The notes: generated from the sequence alone by a model not told the origin. Shown: positions 9,759 to 20,625, counted from the stretch's first letter. The stretch: DNA of 64,000 nt from Candidatus Cloacimonadales bacterium (GCA_963667035.1 OY762964.1:256001-320000); one strand, 5' to 3'. Numbers and translations are program-made.

Positions 9759-12236
9759 TTAGTTTTCAATGTTATCATTTGTTAATGACTCGTAAATAGC
9801 ATTAATAAGTTGGAATACAGGTTTAGTTGTATCGAACTCAAGTTCTACTGCATCAGGATCATCATTAGTATCTATCTGACTTTCCATATATGATAATGGG
9901 AATCCAAATACATATGCACAACCTTCAGTAAGAACATCTGCTTTAAATGCAACTGACTGCAGGTTATATTGTTCAAATTCATCTGGAGTTGGAGGTCTAT
10001 TATCATCATACACTGATTTACAACCGAACTTAGCAACTGAGAATGCAGTATGCTCAGCCATTGGGAAGTAAGTAATAGGTCCAAGTCCTTCGAATCTATC
10101 AACATAAGTACTGAAAGCAATATCTTCATTAACTTCTAGGTTAACTGTAGTATCAGGAAGTAATTGGTCAGAAATAAACGCTTTAATGAAGTAAGGGTTC
10201 GCAGCAGCGTTAGTAGTAACAGATGCTGTGTATAGGTCTATAGGAAATTCAATTGAGTTTTCGAAACCAAACATATTTCTAAAGAAAGTTTTTTCTTCAG
10301 TGAAAGAGTTTCTAATTGCAGAATCTATATTTGCTCCACCGCTAATAAGAATATTGCCACCTGTATGCATATAAAGGTTTAAACCATCATTCTCATCAAC
10401 AAGTGCATTCTCTTCTCCGGGTGAGTCAGAATGATAAACAACCAGTTTGTATTTATTCAAATCTGTTGGAGAAATACGTCTTCCAATGTAATCCACATTA
10501 TTCTCAAGAGATAATAAATCAAGATTATCAATTCTTGATACATTGCTGAAAGCAGTGTTATAGAATTCATCAGTGAATGCTTCAGGACTTAAGAACGCAG
10601 CTACCGGATGATCATCATCAATAATGATAACACCGTCTTTTTCGATAGCCGGTATAGGGTCTTCTATTAAGAATTCAATAATTGCCGGAGTTTTATCAAA
10701 TTCGCCTTGTAAGTCAACAGCTCTTACTTCAAATTTATGATATCCACTTTCAATACCAGAGATAACAATACTCTGTGCAATGCTGTGGTCAGCAGGAACT
10801 CTTAACCAGCTTTCTCCTGCATAAGCACCTGACTCATCAACTATCTTGCGATCAGCTAATGGTGGATAATCATAAGCAGTACCATCTAATCTAAGGTCAT
10901 AGTATTCAACGGAAGAGAAATAGTTTTCGTTTGTATCTTCATCCAAGAGAATATTAAGGGCACTATCATAAGGATTATCGGTAACAATTTCTTCGGAAGT
11001 CGCTTCATTTCTATAACCGAATTGACCATGGTAGCCCCAACGTAACCAGATTTTTAAATCACTACTCCCTAAGCAGGAATAGTAACCGTCTTTGTTCTTG
11101 AACATTGCTGTTGCATAACTTCCGTCTGTTACAGGAGGGTCTTCTTCCAATTCTTTATAAAGATAATCGGTAAAATGGTTTCTACCTAAAGCATAAGTTC
11201 TTTCTTTGTAAATAATTGTTTCTGCATGATAGCCTTCTTTAACAGCAAAGCGAATGATTTTATCATCAGATTGAATTCCTGCCATATCTACAGAACGAGC
11301 AATAATTTCTGTATAAGAAGTTTGTAATGAGTTCACAAAGTCTGAAGAAATAGCCGGTGTTGTATATTTAGTAAGAAGGAATTCAGAAACATTTTCTCTA
11401 TTACCATCTGTTTTTGTGTTATACCAAGTATTGTCAGCCGGTAAAGTTTGAATAACTTCACGAGTTGAAGCATCTCTTTTTAAAACTTTAAACAGATAAT
11501 AATCTGCTTCAGCTTCAATGAAAGGATCACTATCGGCAATACTGAAATCAAGAATAATACCTGTTCCAACACTTGAGAGTTCTCTGGCATCAAATGGGTC
11601 AGGATCTTCTATTGCTCCCTTAGCAAGTTTTAAAAGACATTCAGGTTTCTCTGATTTTGCTTTAAACTTTCTGCTAGCAAGATTTGAAATTGATCCTCTA
11701 TCATCAATACAGATAACTTCGAGAGTAGTAATTCTCTCTATAGGATTTCCATCTGCGTCTGATGAAGGTAAGTTAATAGTAAGATATTTCTGATCAGACC
11801 AGATTGTCTTACTCTCTTTTGGAGCTTCAGCCAATGAAGTTTCTTGTAGAGCACCTTCTTTGAAATGCAAAACCCAACCACCACCGTAAAGCTCATTAAC
11901 ATCTTTAGGTACAATTGTATTTTCCATATCAATTACTGAATTACCAGGAGTGCTGATAGGTACATTGTTTTCATCCAGTACACGATATGCATATGATGTT
12001 ACTGTACCGTCTTTATCATCGGCATGCCAGTAAACTCTTTGTCTGGAATATATTACCAAACTATCGGGATACTGCTCATTATCGACTGATACATCAGTTC
12101 CTTCATAAGATGTGATTTCGATTGTAGGTGCTTGGTTAGTATCCTTATCTCCTTCTAAACCACATCCGTAAAAAAGAAAAGAAACTACTAATGTCAAAAG
12201 CAACATAGTAACCAATTTGTTACCTGCTTTCATCAT
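9759..12236 (-). CDS. Large acidic lipoprotein (about 825 aa) with Ig/FN3-like repeats and a C-terminal alpha/beta domain
   Basis: Start reassigned to the ATG at 12236 (GGAGG RBS); lipobox FLFYGC; three EVxxxDxxG repeats; C-terminal IIIDDD...YKLVVY...GGNILISG...FGFPL. Confidence 0.75.
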   Translation of the reverse strand: MMKAGNKLVTMLLLTLVVSFLFYGCGLEGDKDTNQAPTIEITSYEGTDVSVDNEQYPDSLVIYSRQRVYWHADDKDGTVTSYAYRVLDENNVPISTPGNSVIDMENTIVPKDVNELYGGGWVLHFKEGALQETSLAEAPKESKTIWSDQKYLTINLPSSDADGNPIERITTLEVICIDDRGSISNLASRKFKAKSEKPECLLKLAKGAIEDPDPFDARELSSVGTGIILDFSIADSDPFIEAEADYYLFKVLKRDASTREVIQTLPADNTWYNTKTDGNRENVSEFLLTKYTTPAISSDFVNSLQTSYTEIIARSVDMAGIQSDDKIIRFAVKEGYHAETIIYKERTYALGRNHFTDYLYKELEEDPPVTDGSYATAMFKNKDGYYSCLGSSDLKIWLRWGYHGQFGYRNEATSEEIVTDNPYDSALNILLDEDTNENYFSSVEYYDLRLDGTAYDYPPLADRKIVDESGAYAGESWLRVPADHSIAQSIVISGIESGYHKFEVRAVDLQGEFDKTPAIIEFLIEDPIPAIEKDGVIIIDDDHPVAAFLSPEAFTDEFYNTAFSNVSRIDNLDLLSLENNVDYIGRRISPTDLNKYKLVVYHSDSPGEENALVDENDGLNLYMHTGGNILISGGANIDSAIRNSFTEEKTFFRNMFGFENSIEFPIDLYTASVTTNAAANPYFIKAFISDQLLPDTTVNLEVNEDIAFSTYVDRFEGLGPITYFPMAEHTAFSVAKFGCKSVYDDNRPPTPDEFEQYNLQSVAFKADVLTEGCAYVFGFPLSYMESQIDTNDDPDAVELEFDTTKPVFQLINAIYESLTNDNIEN

Positions 12237-12336
12237 AATTTTCCTCCCATATTTATCATCTTCGCTAAATTTATACTTAGGGATATTACCTTTATTTAAT
12301 CTTTCTTTGATTAAGTCAATAATTTTTTTGTTGCCA

Positions 12337-13197
12337 CTAAACATGATTAATACCTGATGCAATAACTACATTGTTGAGTAGTTTGTAAGTTGTCAATGAA
12401 CCTATACCTCCAGGTACCGGAGTTATAGCTTTAGCCTTGTCATAACACGCCTTATAATCAACATCGCCGACATATCTGCTATTACCTTCTTCATCAACTA
12501 CTTCATTGATTCCAACATCAATAACTACAGCATTTTCTTTAATCATATCTACAGACACAAAATTAGCTTTACCTATTGCAGCTATAAGTATATCTGCTTG
12601 AGTAGTGATACTTGGTAAATCCTTTGTTCTACTATGACAAACAGTGACAGTTGCATTTCCTGTAACATTCTTCCTTAAAAAAAGATTTGCTAATGGTTTT
12701 CCGACAATATTACTACGTCCGATAATCACTACATGTTTCCCGTTTGTAGAAATATTATTTGCTTCGAGCATCTCTAATACTGCAGCAGGAGTACAAGGTA
12801 TAAAAGGAGATTCTTCCATAAACAATCCACCTAAGTTCTGAAGATGAAATCCATCAACATCTTTACTAGGGGAGATAGCTTTGACAACTGCATCCTCTTC
12901 GATATGCTTAGGTAGAGGTTTTTGTAACATAATCCCGTCACAGAGAGTCGATTCATTTAATCTATAAATAATCTCTATGAGCTCTCTTTGTGACATCTCA
13001 GTTGAATGAGATAAGATATTTACTTCAATACCTATCTTCTTCCCATTCTTAGCAAGATTCTGCACATAATAAGAGGCTGCAGGATCATTGCCAAGTTGAA
13101 TAATACTAAGTGAAGGAGGTCTCTCCATTTCACTTATACGAGTTTGTAACTCATTGTATCTTTCTTTAACAATAGGCTTTGCTCTAAGTTCTTTCAT
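12337..13197 (-). CDS. folD: Methylene-THF dehydrogenase/cyclohydrolase
   Basis: KDVDGFH, PCTPAA, GRSNIVGKP, ATVTVCHSRT, IDVGIN and ITPVPGGIG motifs. Confidence 0.96.
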   Translation of the reverse strand: MKELRAKPIVKERYNELQTRISEMERPPSLSIIQLGNDPAASYYVQNLAKNGKKIGIEVNILSHSTEMSQRELIEIIYRLNESTLCDGIMLQKPLPKHIEEDAVVKAISPSKDVDGFHLQNLGGLFMEESPFIPCTPAAVLEMLEANNISTNGKHVVIIGRSNIVGKPLANLFLRKNVTGNATVTVCHSRTKDLPSITTQADILIAAIGKANFVSVDMIKENAVVIDVGINEVVDEEGNSRYVGDVDYKACYDKAKAITPVPGGIGSLTTYKLLNNVVIASGINHV

Positions 13198-13198
13198 A

Positions 13199-14758
13199 TT
13201 ATTTTGCAACAGCTACCTGTCTGGTTTCTCTGATAACGGTTACTTTTATCTGTCCGGGATATTGAACATCCTTTTCAATCTTTTCTGCAATGTCATTTGC
13301 TATGAAAGGAGTCTTTGTATCGTCAATCTCAGAAGGCTCAACGATAATCCTTAACTCTCTACCTGCTTGAATAGCGTAGGTTTTAGTTACACCTTCAACT
13401 GAACTTGCAATTTCCTCAAGTTGTTCAAGACGTTTCATATAACTTTCAAGCATTTCTCTTCTGGCTCCGGGACGAGCACCTGATATAGCATCACATGCTT
13501 GTACAAGCGGTGCATAAACGGAGATAGGCTCAACATCTTCGTGATGAGCTTCAACAGCATTGATAATAATCTTACTTTCACCGTTCTTTCTAACAATATT
13601 AGCACCGATTGCTGCATGAGAACCTTCAAATTCATGGTCAACAGCTTTCCCGATATCATGCAAAAGAGCAGCTCTTCTAGCTATTTGTTGATTTAATCCA
13701 AGCTCTGCAGCCATTATTCCACACATCCAAGCAGCTTCAATTGAGTGCTGAAGGATATTCTGACCATAACTGGTTCTATAGTGGAGCCTACCCAGCAGTT
13801 TAATTAGGTTTGGAGACAAATTGTGTATGTTTGCTTCGAGAGATGCTTTCTCACCAATTTTAACAAGATTCTCATCCATCTCTTTTGCAGTTTTTTCAAT
13901 AACTTCTTCTATTCTTCCCGGATGAATTCTACCATCCATGATAAGCTTCTCAAGAGCTAGTCTTGCTATTTCTCTACGTACAGGATCGAAGCAAGACAGT
14001 ACAACAGCTTCAGGAGTATCATCAATGATTAAGTCAACACCGGATGCTTTCTCGAAAGCTCTAATGTTTCTTCCTTCACGTCCGATAATTCTACCTTTCA
14101 TTTCATCTCCTGGTAGAGAAACTACTGCAACAGTACTTTCGGATACATGGTCAACAGCCATTCTTTGAATTGATAAAGAAAGTATTTCCGCAGTTTTTTT
14201 GGCGGCGTCATTCTTAGTTTGGTTAATCATTTCACGAACTTCACCGGAGATTCTCTTTTTAACTCCATCAATAAGTTCTGATTTTAACTGACCTGAAGCT
14301 TCTTCTCTTGTCATTCCGGCAATTTCAATGAGCTTTGTTTCTTGCTCTTGAATGAGCCCATCAAGTTGCTTATCTCTTTTACCAATATTTAACTCCAACT
14401 CTTTGAGTTGGCCTTCTTGTTTTTGGAGATTACTTTCTTTTTTGTCTAGAGACTCGATTCTCTTCTCAAGTTTTGTTACACGTTCATTATAAGTGTTTTC
14501 TTGAGTTCTAAGCTCTTTCTGTCTGTCTTTGATTTCATCTTCGTAAACTTTCTTGGTTTTGTACCAATCTTCTTTAGCTTCGAGAATTGTTTCTTTTCGT
14601 ATGGAAGCTTTCTCATTGTTAGCTTCTTCAATTATTTTATCTGCCTGGTCTTTAGCGGTAAAGATTATAGCCTTTGAACGCTGTTTGAGGATAATAAAAA
14701 GAATACCTGCCCCGATTAGTCCTATAACTAATCCGATTAGAATATAAACAATATTCAT
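13199..14758 (-). CDS. rny: Ribonuclease Y
   Basis: N-terminal TM helix, coiled coil, KH domain ([13 protein letters not shown]) and HD domain (LLHDIGK); start at MNIVY because the longer ORF overlaps the 6S RNA. Confidence 0.96.
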   Translation of the reverse strand: MNIVYILIGLVIGLIGAGILFIILKQRSKAIIFTAKDQADKIIEEANNEKASIRKETILEAKEDWYKTKKVYEDEIKDRQKELRTQENTYNERVTKLEKRIESLDKKESNLQKQEGQLKELELNIGKRDKQLDGLIQEQETKLIEIAGMTREEASGQLKSELIDGVKKRISGEVREMINQTKNDAAKKTAEILSLSIQRMAVDHVSESTVAVVSLPGDEMKGRIIGREGRNIRAFEKASGVDLIIDDTPEAVVLSCFDPVRREIARLALEKLIMDGRIHPGRIEEVIEKTAKEMDENLVKIGEKASLEANIHNLSPNLIKLLGRLHYRTSYGQNILQHSIEAAWMCGIMAAELGLNQQIARRAALLHDIGKAVDHEFEGSHAAIGANIVRKNGESKIIINAVEAHHEDVEPISVYAPLVQACDAISGARPGARREMLESYMKRLEQLEEIASSVEGVTKTYAIQAGRELRIIVEPSEIDDTKTPFIANDIAEKIEKDVQYPGQIKVTVIRETRQVAVAK

Positions 14759-14781
14759 CGTTTTCCCTTTTTGAATATAAA

Positions 14782-14954
14782 CTCTACCCGCTGTACCGTG
14801 TTTGTTTGACTGTTGTGAACCTTTTACAAGGTGGGTAGCGTACAAATTAGCTTTATTATTCCGGATATAACCGGCCTTAATGCCACTAGAAGCTTGCTTC
14901 CCTATTTAACATTAGTTCAAAAGCAACACAAGGTCACGAATACCGCAGGCAGAT
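14782..14954 (-). ncRNA. ssrS: 6S RNA
   Basis: Canonical position between zapA and rny; 5' CTGCCTGCGGTATTCGTG pairs with 3' CACGGTACAGCGGGTAG; about 175-nt rod with TGAAC/GTTCA stem and central bubble. Confidence 0.85.
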
Positions 14955-14955
14955 G

Positions 14956-15225
14956 TTAAATATTATCGTTTAATAAGGAATCCGTAGCATTAAACAAAGA
15001 TAATTCAGATCGAACAGATTCTAATTCCCCTCTCAATTTGAGAAATTCCTCAGTAAGAATCATTGAAAATAGTACTAATAACTTATCTCTATCAAGCTCA
15101 TTAAACTTATTGGCAAGCTTGTTTAATTCAGAATTTATATATAGTTCTAATTGTCTCGTATTCTCGGCAGAGTCGGTTTTCATCTGGTATCTTCGACCGA
15201 AGATGTCAACGCTTATTGATTCCAT
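14956..15225 (-). CDS. zapA: Cell division protein ZapA
   Basis: ISVDIFGRRYQM N-terminus, 89 aa, pheT-zapA-6S-rny synteny. Confidence 0.85.
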   Translation of the reverse strand: MESISVDIFGRRYQMKTDSAENTRQLELYINSELNKLANKFNELDRDKLLVLFSMILTEEFLKLRGELESVRSELSLFNATDSLLNDNI

Positions 15226-15234
15226 AGTTTATTT

Positions 15235-15600
15235 CTATACTTCGTCTAATAACGGTAAAATATCTTGTAGTTTCTCAGAAATACTATTAGCTTTATTGTT
15301 AGCTTCTAGCAATGTATTTCCAAGGTTTTCTTTTTCTGCAGTTATAGTTGCAACCTTATTTTCAAGGTCGGCTTTAAGAGTTTCGAGTTCGGTAATTCTT
15401 TCATTTGCAATTTCAAGTTCAAGAATCTTTTCATCTCTAGTATTTTCAATTGAACTCAGTTGATTTTTTAATTCTTCATGCTCATCTCTCAAAGCGGCAT
15501 GTTTTTCTTTTAATGATTTAAAGCCATCTATTAACCTCTGAATCTGTTGCCCTAAAGCACTGTCATTCTGAGGGGTAGTCTGTTGTTGGTTGTCAAACAT
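15235..15600 (-). CDS. ZapB-like coiled-coil protein
   Basis: Heptad-rich coiled coil between pheT and zapA. Confidence 0.6.
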   Translation of the reverse strand: MFDNQQQTTPQNDSALGQQIQRLIDGFKSLKEKHAALRDEHEELKNQLSSIENTRDEKILELEIANERITELETLKADLENKVATITAEKENLGNTLLEANNKANSISEKLQDILPLLDEV

Positions 15601-15605
15601 ATATC

Positions 15606-18008
15606 TTACCTCATTTTGATATTAAATTGCTGTTCTAACAGCTTAAGAATTTTTTTGAAAAGGTTCTCGATTAAGTTATCTGTCAATGTTTTTTTCTCCG
15701 ACCCAAAGATTATTGAGAAGGTTAAACTTCGACTTCCGTACTCGATACCTTTTCCTTTATATTCATCAATGAGTTTTACTTCCTTGATAATTGAGGGATT
15801 AACAGATTTAATCGCTTTCTCTATATTCTCAATAGTGATTTCTACTGATGATAGGAAAGATAAATCTCTTCTAATTAGCGGGAACTTTGAAGGTTCAACA
15901 AACTCCCTCGGGCTTGTTGAAGAGTTCGTCAGCATTTCTGTAAGATTAAAATCAAAAACAAATATGTCCTGCTTAAAATCAAGAATATTGATTCCGAAAT
16001 TTTCTACCACTTGAGGGTTTAACTTCCCTATCCTACCTATAACCACATCTCCTTTGGAGATCTCCAAAGACATGTTACCGACAAAATACGGTTCTTCACA
16101 AGCTTGGAACTTAGTATCTTGAATCTTCAAAGCATCAATAATCTCTTCGGCAATTCCTTTAACATCAAAGAAATCTATGTTATTGGTTCCGTCTTGCCAA
16201 TATTGATTTGTGCGATTACCGGTCATAAGACCTGATAACCGGTAGTTTTCATTGTATTGGTTATCAATATTATGGTATACTTTGTTTATTTCAAAAGTTT
16301 TAATATCCTGAGAGCCTCTATTCATATTGTAAAGAGCAATTTTAATTTGGTCAGTTATCAGATTGGTTCTCAAGATTGATGTGTCTGTCCCTTGTGGATT
16401 GATAAGTTTCACAGCTTTTCTTAGATAAGCATCATCGGACAGCTTCAGTTTATCCAAATCTTCAGGATTAGCAAAGGACAGTGTAACGGTATCGTAGAAA
16501 CGATTATTTATTAATAAGTCCTGAAGTTTTCGCTTGGCATTAAACAGTGCATGATTCATTATTCTTTGTGGTTTTAAACGTTGCTCAACGTTATTATAAC
16601 CATGAAGTCGAATAATCTCTTCAATCAGGTCAATTTCTCTGGTTAAATCATTACGATAAGAAGGAATTTCAAAGAATAAAGTATTGTTCTTATCTTCTTG
16701 GAATTTAAGTCCTAGATTCTGTAAATAGGCAATAATAGTGCTGTTATCAAGATTAATGGTGAGTACTTTTTTGACTCTCTCAGGTCTTAATCCAACAATT
16801 TGAGGAGTTAGCTTAGCGCTTCCTTTATCAAGACTTCCTTTAACAATTTTACCACCGGATAACTCTGCTATAAGTTCACAAGTCCTTTCACTTATAACAT
16901 CACAAGTTTCCGGACTTAAACCTCTTTCAAATCTATATGAGGAATCGGTAAACACTTTATGTTTATAAGAACTTTTCCTAACTGTAGGATACTCAAAGCA
17001 AGCAGCCTCAACAACAATATTAACAGTCTTATCGTGAATACTCTTTTCATTTCCTCCGATAATTCCGGCTAATGCAATCGGACCGTCACTGTCTGCAATG
17101 ACAAGGTCATCGTTAGTAAGATAATAAGTCTCATTATTCAGGGCGGTAAGCTTTTCACCTTCGACAGCATTTCTAATAATTATCTTTTTATCAGTTAAAA
17201 GATCATAATCAAAGGCATGTATAGGATGACCCCATTCCATCATCACATAGTTTGTAGCATCAACTATGTTATTGATAGGTCTCATTCCTATAGCTGTCAA
17301 ATAACGTTTTAACCAGTCCGGAGATTCTTTAATCTCAACGTTTTTAATGATTCTAGCTTTATATCGAGGGCATTTATCAGTAGCCTCAATATCCAGAGTT
17401 AACAAATCTTCAATTTTCTCTTCATCTTCTTGAAATACAGGAGTTTGAAGTTTTAGGGGGATGTTCAATAGGGCGGATAAATCACGAGCGACTCCAACCA
17501 TTCCAAGAAGATCAGGTCTGTTAGGAGTAATTTCCACTTCATAGACAGTGTCTTCTAACTCGTAATAAGTAGCTAAATCAGTTCCGATAGGGGCATCAGC
17601 AGGAAGCTCAATAATTCCGTCATGATTATCGGATAATTCCAGTTCTTTCTCAGAACAAATCATGCCTAAAGATTGATAGCCTCGAAGTTTTGCTTTCTTA
17701 ATTTTAAACTCTCCAAGAATAGTGCCAACAGGAGCAAAAGCTACTTTCAATCCTGTTCTAACATTTGGAGCACCACAAACAACCTGGACGGTCTCTGAAC
17801 CGTCATTTACTTGGCATAAGCTTAAATGGTCAGAGTCAGGCATCTTTTCGCAATTTAACACTTCTGCAATCTTAATTTGCTTTTGTAAATTACCACTCTT
17901 TTCAACTGCTTCAACTTCGATTCCGGCAAAAGTTAATCTATCTTCAAGCTCTTCCGGAGTGAGCTTCAAATCTATGTATTGTTTTAGCCAATTATAACTA
18001 ATCCGCAT
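15606..18008 (-). CDS. pheT: Phenylalanine-tRNA ligase beta subunit
   Basis: MRISYNWL, VVCGAPN, ITPNRPD, RFERG, DLIEEIIRLHGY and C-terminal FDX-ACB domain. Confidence 0.98.
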   Translation of the reverse strand: MRISYNWLKQYIDLKLTPEELEDRLTFAGIEVEAVEKSGNLQKQIKIAEVLNCEKMPDSDHLSLCQVNDGSETVQVVCGAPNVRTGLKVAFAPVGTILGEFKIKKAKLRGYQSLGMICSEKELELSDNHDGIIELPADAPIGTDLATYYELEDTVYEVEITPNRPDLLGMVGVARDLSALLNIPLKLQTPVFQEDEEKIEDLLTLDIEATDKCPRYKARIIKNVEIKESPDWLKRYLTAIGMRPINNIVDATNYVMMEWGHPIHAFDYDLLTDKKIIIRNAVEGEKLTALNNETYYLTNDDLVIADSDGPIALAGIIGGNEKSIHDKTVNIVVEAACFEYPTVRKSSYKHKVFTDSSYRFERGLSPETCDVISERTCELIAELSGGKIVKGSLDKGSAKLTPQIVGLRPERVKKVLTINLDNSTIIAYLQNLGLKFQEDKNNTLFFEIPSYRNDLTREIDLIEEIIRLHGYNNVEQRLKPQRIMNHALFNAKRKLQDLLINNRFYDTVTLSFANPEDLDKLKLSDDAYLRKAVKLINPQGTDTSILRTNLITDQIKIALYNMNRGSQDIKTFEINKVYHNIDNQYNENYRLSGLMTGNRTNQYWQDGTNNIDFFDVKGIAEEIIDALKIQDTKFQACEEPYFVGNMSLEISKGDVVIGRIGKLNPQVVENFGINILDFKQDIFVFDFNLTEMLTNSSTSPREFVEPSKFPLIRRDLSFLSSVEITIENIEKAIKSVNPSIIKEVKLIDEYKGKGIEYGSRSLTFSIIFGSEKKTLTDNLIENLFKKILKLLEQQFNIKMR

Positions 18009-18025
18009 TATCTATCCCGTATATA

Positions 18026-19057
18026 TTAATTTTCGTTTCTGAACTGTTTTAAAACTCTTAAATCATTTTCGTAAAGTACTCTGATATCTCTTATTTTATA
18101 CTTAAGCATTGCAATACGATCGATTCCCAATCCAAAAGCAAAGCCCGTGTATTTTTCAGGATCAATTCCGGTCATTTCGAATACATTGGGATCAACCATT
18201 CCTGCTCCACCCATTTCAATCCAACCGCTGTCCTTACAAATCCGGCAACCGCTTCCACCGCAGCCTATGCAACTAATATCAATTTCGGCGCTTGGCTCTG
18301 TAAATGGGAAGAAATGAGGTCTAATCCTCGATTTAGTACCGGGACCAAACATCTTAACAACAAACTGATTCAATGTGTCTTTCAAATCTGCAAAGGTAAC
18401 ATTCTCATCCACATAAAGCGCTTCCACCTGATGGAAAACAGGTGAGTGAGTTGCATCAATCTTATCATTTCTATAGGCTCTACCCGGAGAAATGATACGG
18501 ATTGGTGGCTCAAACTTCTCCATAGTTCTGATTTGTACCGGAGAAGTATGAGTTCTCAGCAAAAGATTGTTTTCAACATAGAAGGTATCTGCCAGATTCC
18601 TGGACGGATGGTCCTTAGGGGTGTTCAGAGCGTCAAAGTTATGAAATTCATCTTCTATGTCAGTGCCTTCAGCTATCTCGAAACCGAGACTCATGAAAGC
18701 ATCTTCAATCTCACGCCAAACTAGAGTGAGAGGATGGAGAGACCCTTTATTAAAGCGTCTGCCCGGCATTGTTAAATCAATTGAAACATCCTTATTCTGG
18801 CGAGTAATCTCAGCACTCTTCAGCTCTGTTTGTTTCTCTGTTATCAATTTATCAAGTGCTTTTTTGGCATCATTTATAGCCTTACCAAAAGCAGGTCTCT
18901 CTTCGGGACTAAGTTCCTTCAGCTTAAGCATAAGCTGACTTAGCTCACTCTTTTTCCCTAAAAAAGTGGATTTAAGATTTAACAGTTCAGGCACCTTACT
19001 TGCCTTGGTTACCTTTCCCTCTGCTAACTCAATAATCCTTTTAAGCTTTTCTTTCAC
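18026..19057 (-). CDS. pheS: Phenylalanine-tRNA ligase alpha subunit
   Basis: LLRTHTSPVQ, DATHSPVFHQVE, FPFTEPS and GFAFGLGIDR motifs. Confidence 0.98.
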   Translation of the reverse strand: MKEKLKRIIELAEGKVTKASKVPELLNLKSTFLGKKSELSQLMLKLKELSPEERPAFGKAINDAKKALDKLITEKQTELKSAEITRQNKDVSIDLTMPGRRFNKGSLHPLTLVWREIEDAFMSLGFEIAEGTDIEDEFHNFDALNTPKDHPSRNLADTFYVENNLLLRTHTSPVQIRTMEKFEPPIRIISPGRAYRNDKIDATHSPVFHQVEALYVDENVTFADLKDTLNQFVVKMFGPGTKSRIRPHFFPFTEPSAEIDISCIGCGGSGCRICKDSGWIEMGGAGMVDPNVFEMTGIDPEKYTGFAFGLGIDRIAMLKYKIRDIRVLYENDLRVLKQFRNEN

Positions 19058-19062
19058 TGTAT

Positions 19063-19413
19063 TTATTCACCTTTAGCAAGCTGACAAACACGTGCGAAAG
19101 CTTCAGCATCATGCCAAGCTAAATGAGCAAGAACCTTACGGTTAATGCGAATTTCAGCTTTATGTAAACCGTTAATCAATTGGCTGTAAGATAAGCCATT
19201 GATTCTGCTGGCTGCATTGATACGAGTAATCCAGAGACGACGGAAATTACGTTTCCTTTGTTTTCTATCTCTATAAGCGTATGTCCAACCTTTTTCTACA
19301 GTTTGGCGAGCTGTTTTATATCTGGTTCTTCTTGATGCGAAGTAACCCTTGGCGGCTTTTAAGTATGTTTTTTTTCTTCTTTTAGCGGCAACATTATTTA
19401 CTGAACGTGGCAT
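19063..19413 (-). CDS. rplT: 50S ribosomal protein L20
   Basis: AKGY...YAYRDRKQRKRNFRRLWITRINAA. Confidence 0.98.
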   Translation of the reverse strand: MPRSVNNVAAKRRKKTYLKAAKGYFASRRTRYKTARQTVEKGWTYAYRDRKQRKRNFRRLWITRINAASRINGLSYSQLINGLHKAEIRINRKVLAHLAWHDAEAFARVCQLAKGE

Positions 19414-19437
19414 TTCATTCTCCTTTAATTTCTTTCT

Positions 19438-19632
19438 TTAGCAACCAATCATCTTTTTGATTCTTGGAACGTCAACGTTAACAACTATCGCAGAATCTCT
19501 GAGGTTTCTTTTAAGCTTTCTGCTTTTCTTGGTTTTAATATGAGCTGCTTTTGCATGATGACGTTTTACCTTACCGGTACCGGTTACTTTGAATCTTTTT
19601 GCCGCTGCTCTATGAGTTTTGATTTTAGGCAT
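19438..19632 (-). CDS. rpmI: 50S ribosomal protein L35
   Basis: [21 protein letters not shown]. Confidence 0.98.
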   Translation of the reverse strand: MPKIKTHRAAAKRFKVTGTGKVKRHHAKAAHIKTKKSRKLKRNLRDSAIVVNVDVPRIKKMIGC

Positions 19633-19652
19633 TATTCCTCCTCAATCTTCGT

Positions 19653-20282
19653 CTATTCGTTTGTCTCTTCCTGAGTTTCATCAGTGTCTATGTCTTCGAT
19701 TACAACACCTTTTTGTTCCAGAATTTTGTCGATTTCCTTCTTAGGACTAACTACCATTGACAATAAGTTTCTGTCACTTCTTGGTTTTGAATCCACATCT
19801 ATAAAATCTTTTAGATCTTCGGTAATGCGTTCAAGAAGCTCGAATCCTCTGTCCTTATGTGCCATCTGGCGACCACGGAATCTTACGGTAAACTTCACTT
19901 TATTGTGCTGTTTAAGGAACCTCATGGCATTCTTAGTTTTGAAATTATAGTCATGCTCTTCAGTGTTGGGACCGAACTTAACCTCTTTCACCTGAACCAC
20001 ATGCTGTTTCTTTCTGGCATCGCGTGCCTTGCGCTCTTTTTCATAGTAATACTTACTGAAATCAAGTATTCTGCATACAGGGGGTGTTGCCTTTGGAGAA
20101 ATCTCCACTAAATCAAGTCCGGCTTCTTCAGCTTTTTTCAAAGCCATTTTTACACTTACAACTCCGACCTGTTTTCCGTCTGCATCGATCAATCTTACTT
20201 CTCGTGCTGTAATTTGATCATTAATGTTTTCTTTTGGGACGACTTCTTTAGTCTTAGCCTTCCCTTTGCGTATCCGAATTAT
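19653..20282 (-). CDS. infC: Translation initiation factor IF-3 with non-canonical ATA/ATT start
   Basis: Frame stays open upstream of the track ORF (INDQITAREVRLID); AGGAGG at 20289-20294 is followed by ATT-ATA-ATT with no ATG; DLVEISPKATPPVCRI and FRGRQ motifs. Confidence 0.93.
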   Translation of the reverse strand: MIRIRKGKAKTKEVVPKENINDQITAREVRLIDADGKQVGVVSVKMALKKAEEAGLDLVEISPKATPPVCRILDFSKYYYEKERKARDARKKQHVVQVKEVKFGPNTEEHDYNFKTKNAMRFLKQHNKVKFTVRFRGRQMAHKDRGFELLERITEDLKDFIDVDSKPRSDRNLLSMVVSPKKEIDKILEQKGVVIEDIDTDETQEETNE

Positions 20283-20324
20283 AATAAACCTCCTGTGTTT
20301 ATCCTTGTTAATTCTTTCGCCAAT

Positions 20325-20428
20325 AAAAAAAGGCGGTATTACCGCCTGCTTAAAATAGAGTTAACTTCTATTTATCACTAACCTTACACATACTATTGCA
20401 ATGGTAAGGTAGAAGCAGACAGCTTCAT
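20325..20428 (-). promoter_or_regulatory. L20-leader-type transcription attenuator
   Basis: Minus strand GAAGCTGTCTGCTTCTACCTT...AAGGT...AAGCAGGCGG-TAATA-CCGCC-T7; the 5' GCTGTCTGCTT can pair with AAGCAGGCGGT as an antiterminator; lies upstream of infC-rpmI-rplT. Confidence 0.75.
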
Positions 20429-20625
20429 TTCCTTAATGACATATACAAGATTTATGAATGCGTAACTACGTCAAGAAAAAAGAATTAATTAACGTTGTGG
20501 ACTCAGTTGACTTAGTAGGAGGAGCTATAAAAGTAAAACTCGAGGTCAAATGGTTCAAACAGAGAATATTTTTAAGTAAAATCCTTTGATCTCATTTCTA
20601 AGATGGAAGATAACTGAGTCTCTGC

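Noticed and set aside
12237..12362. N-terminal extension of the 867-aa ORF
   Set aside because: It overlaps folD; the RBS and lipoprotein signal point to a start at 12236
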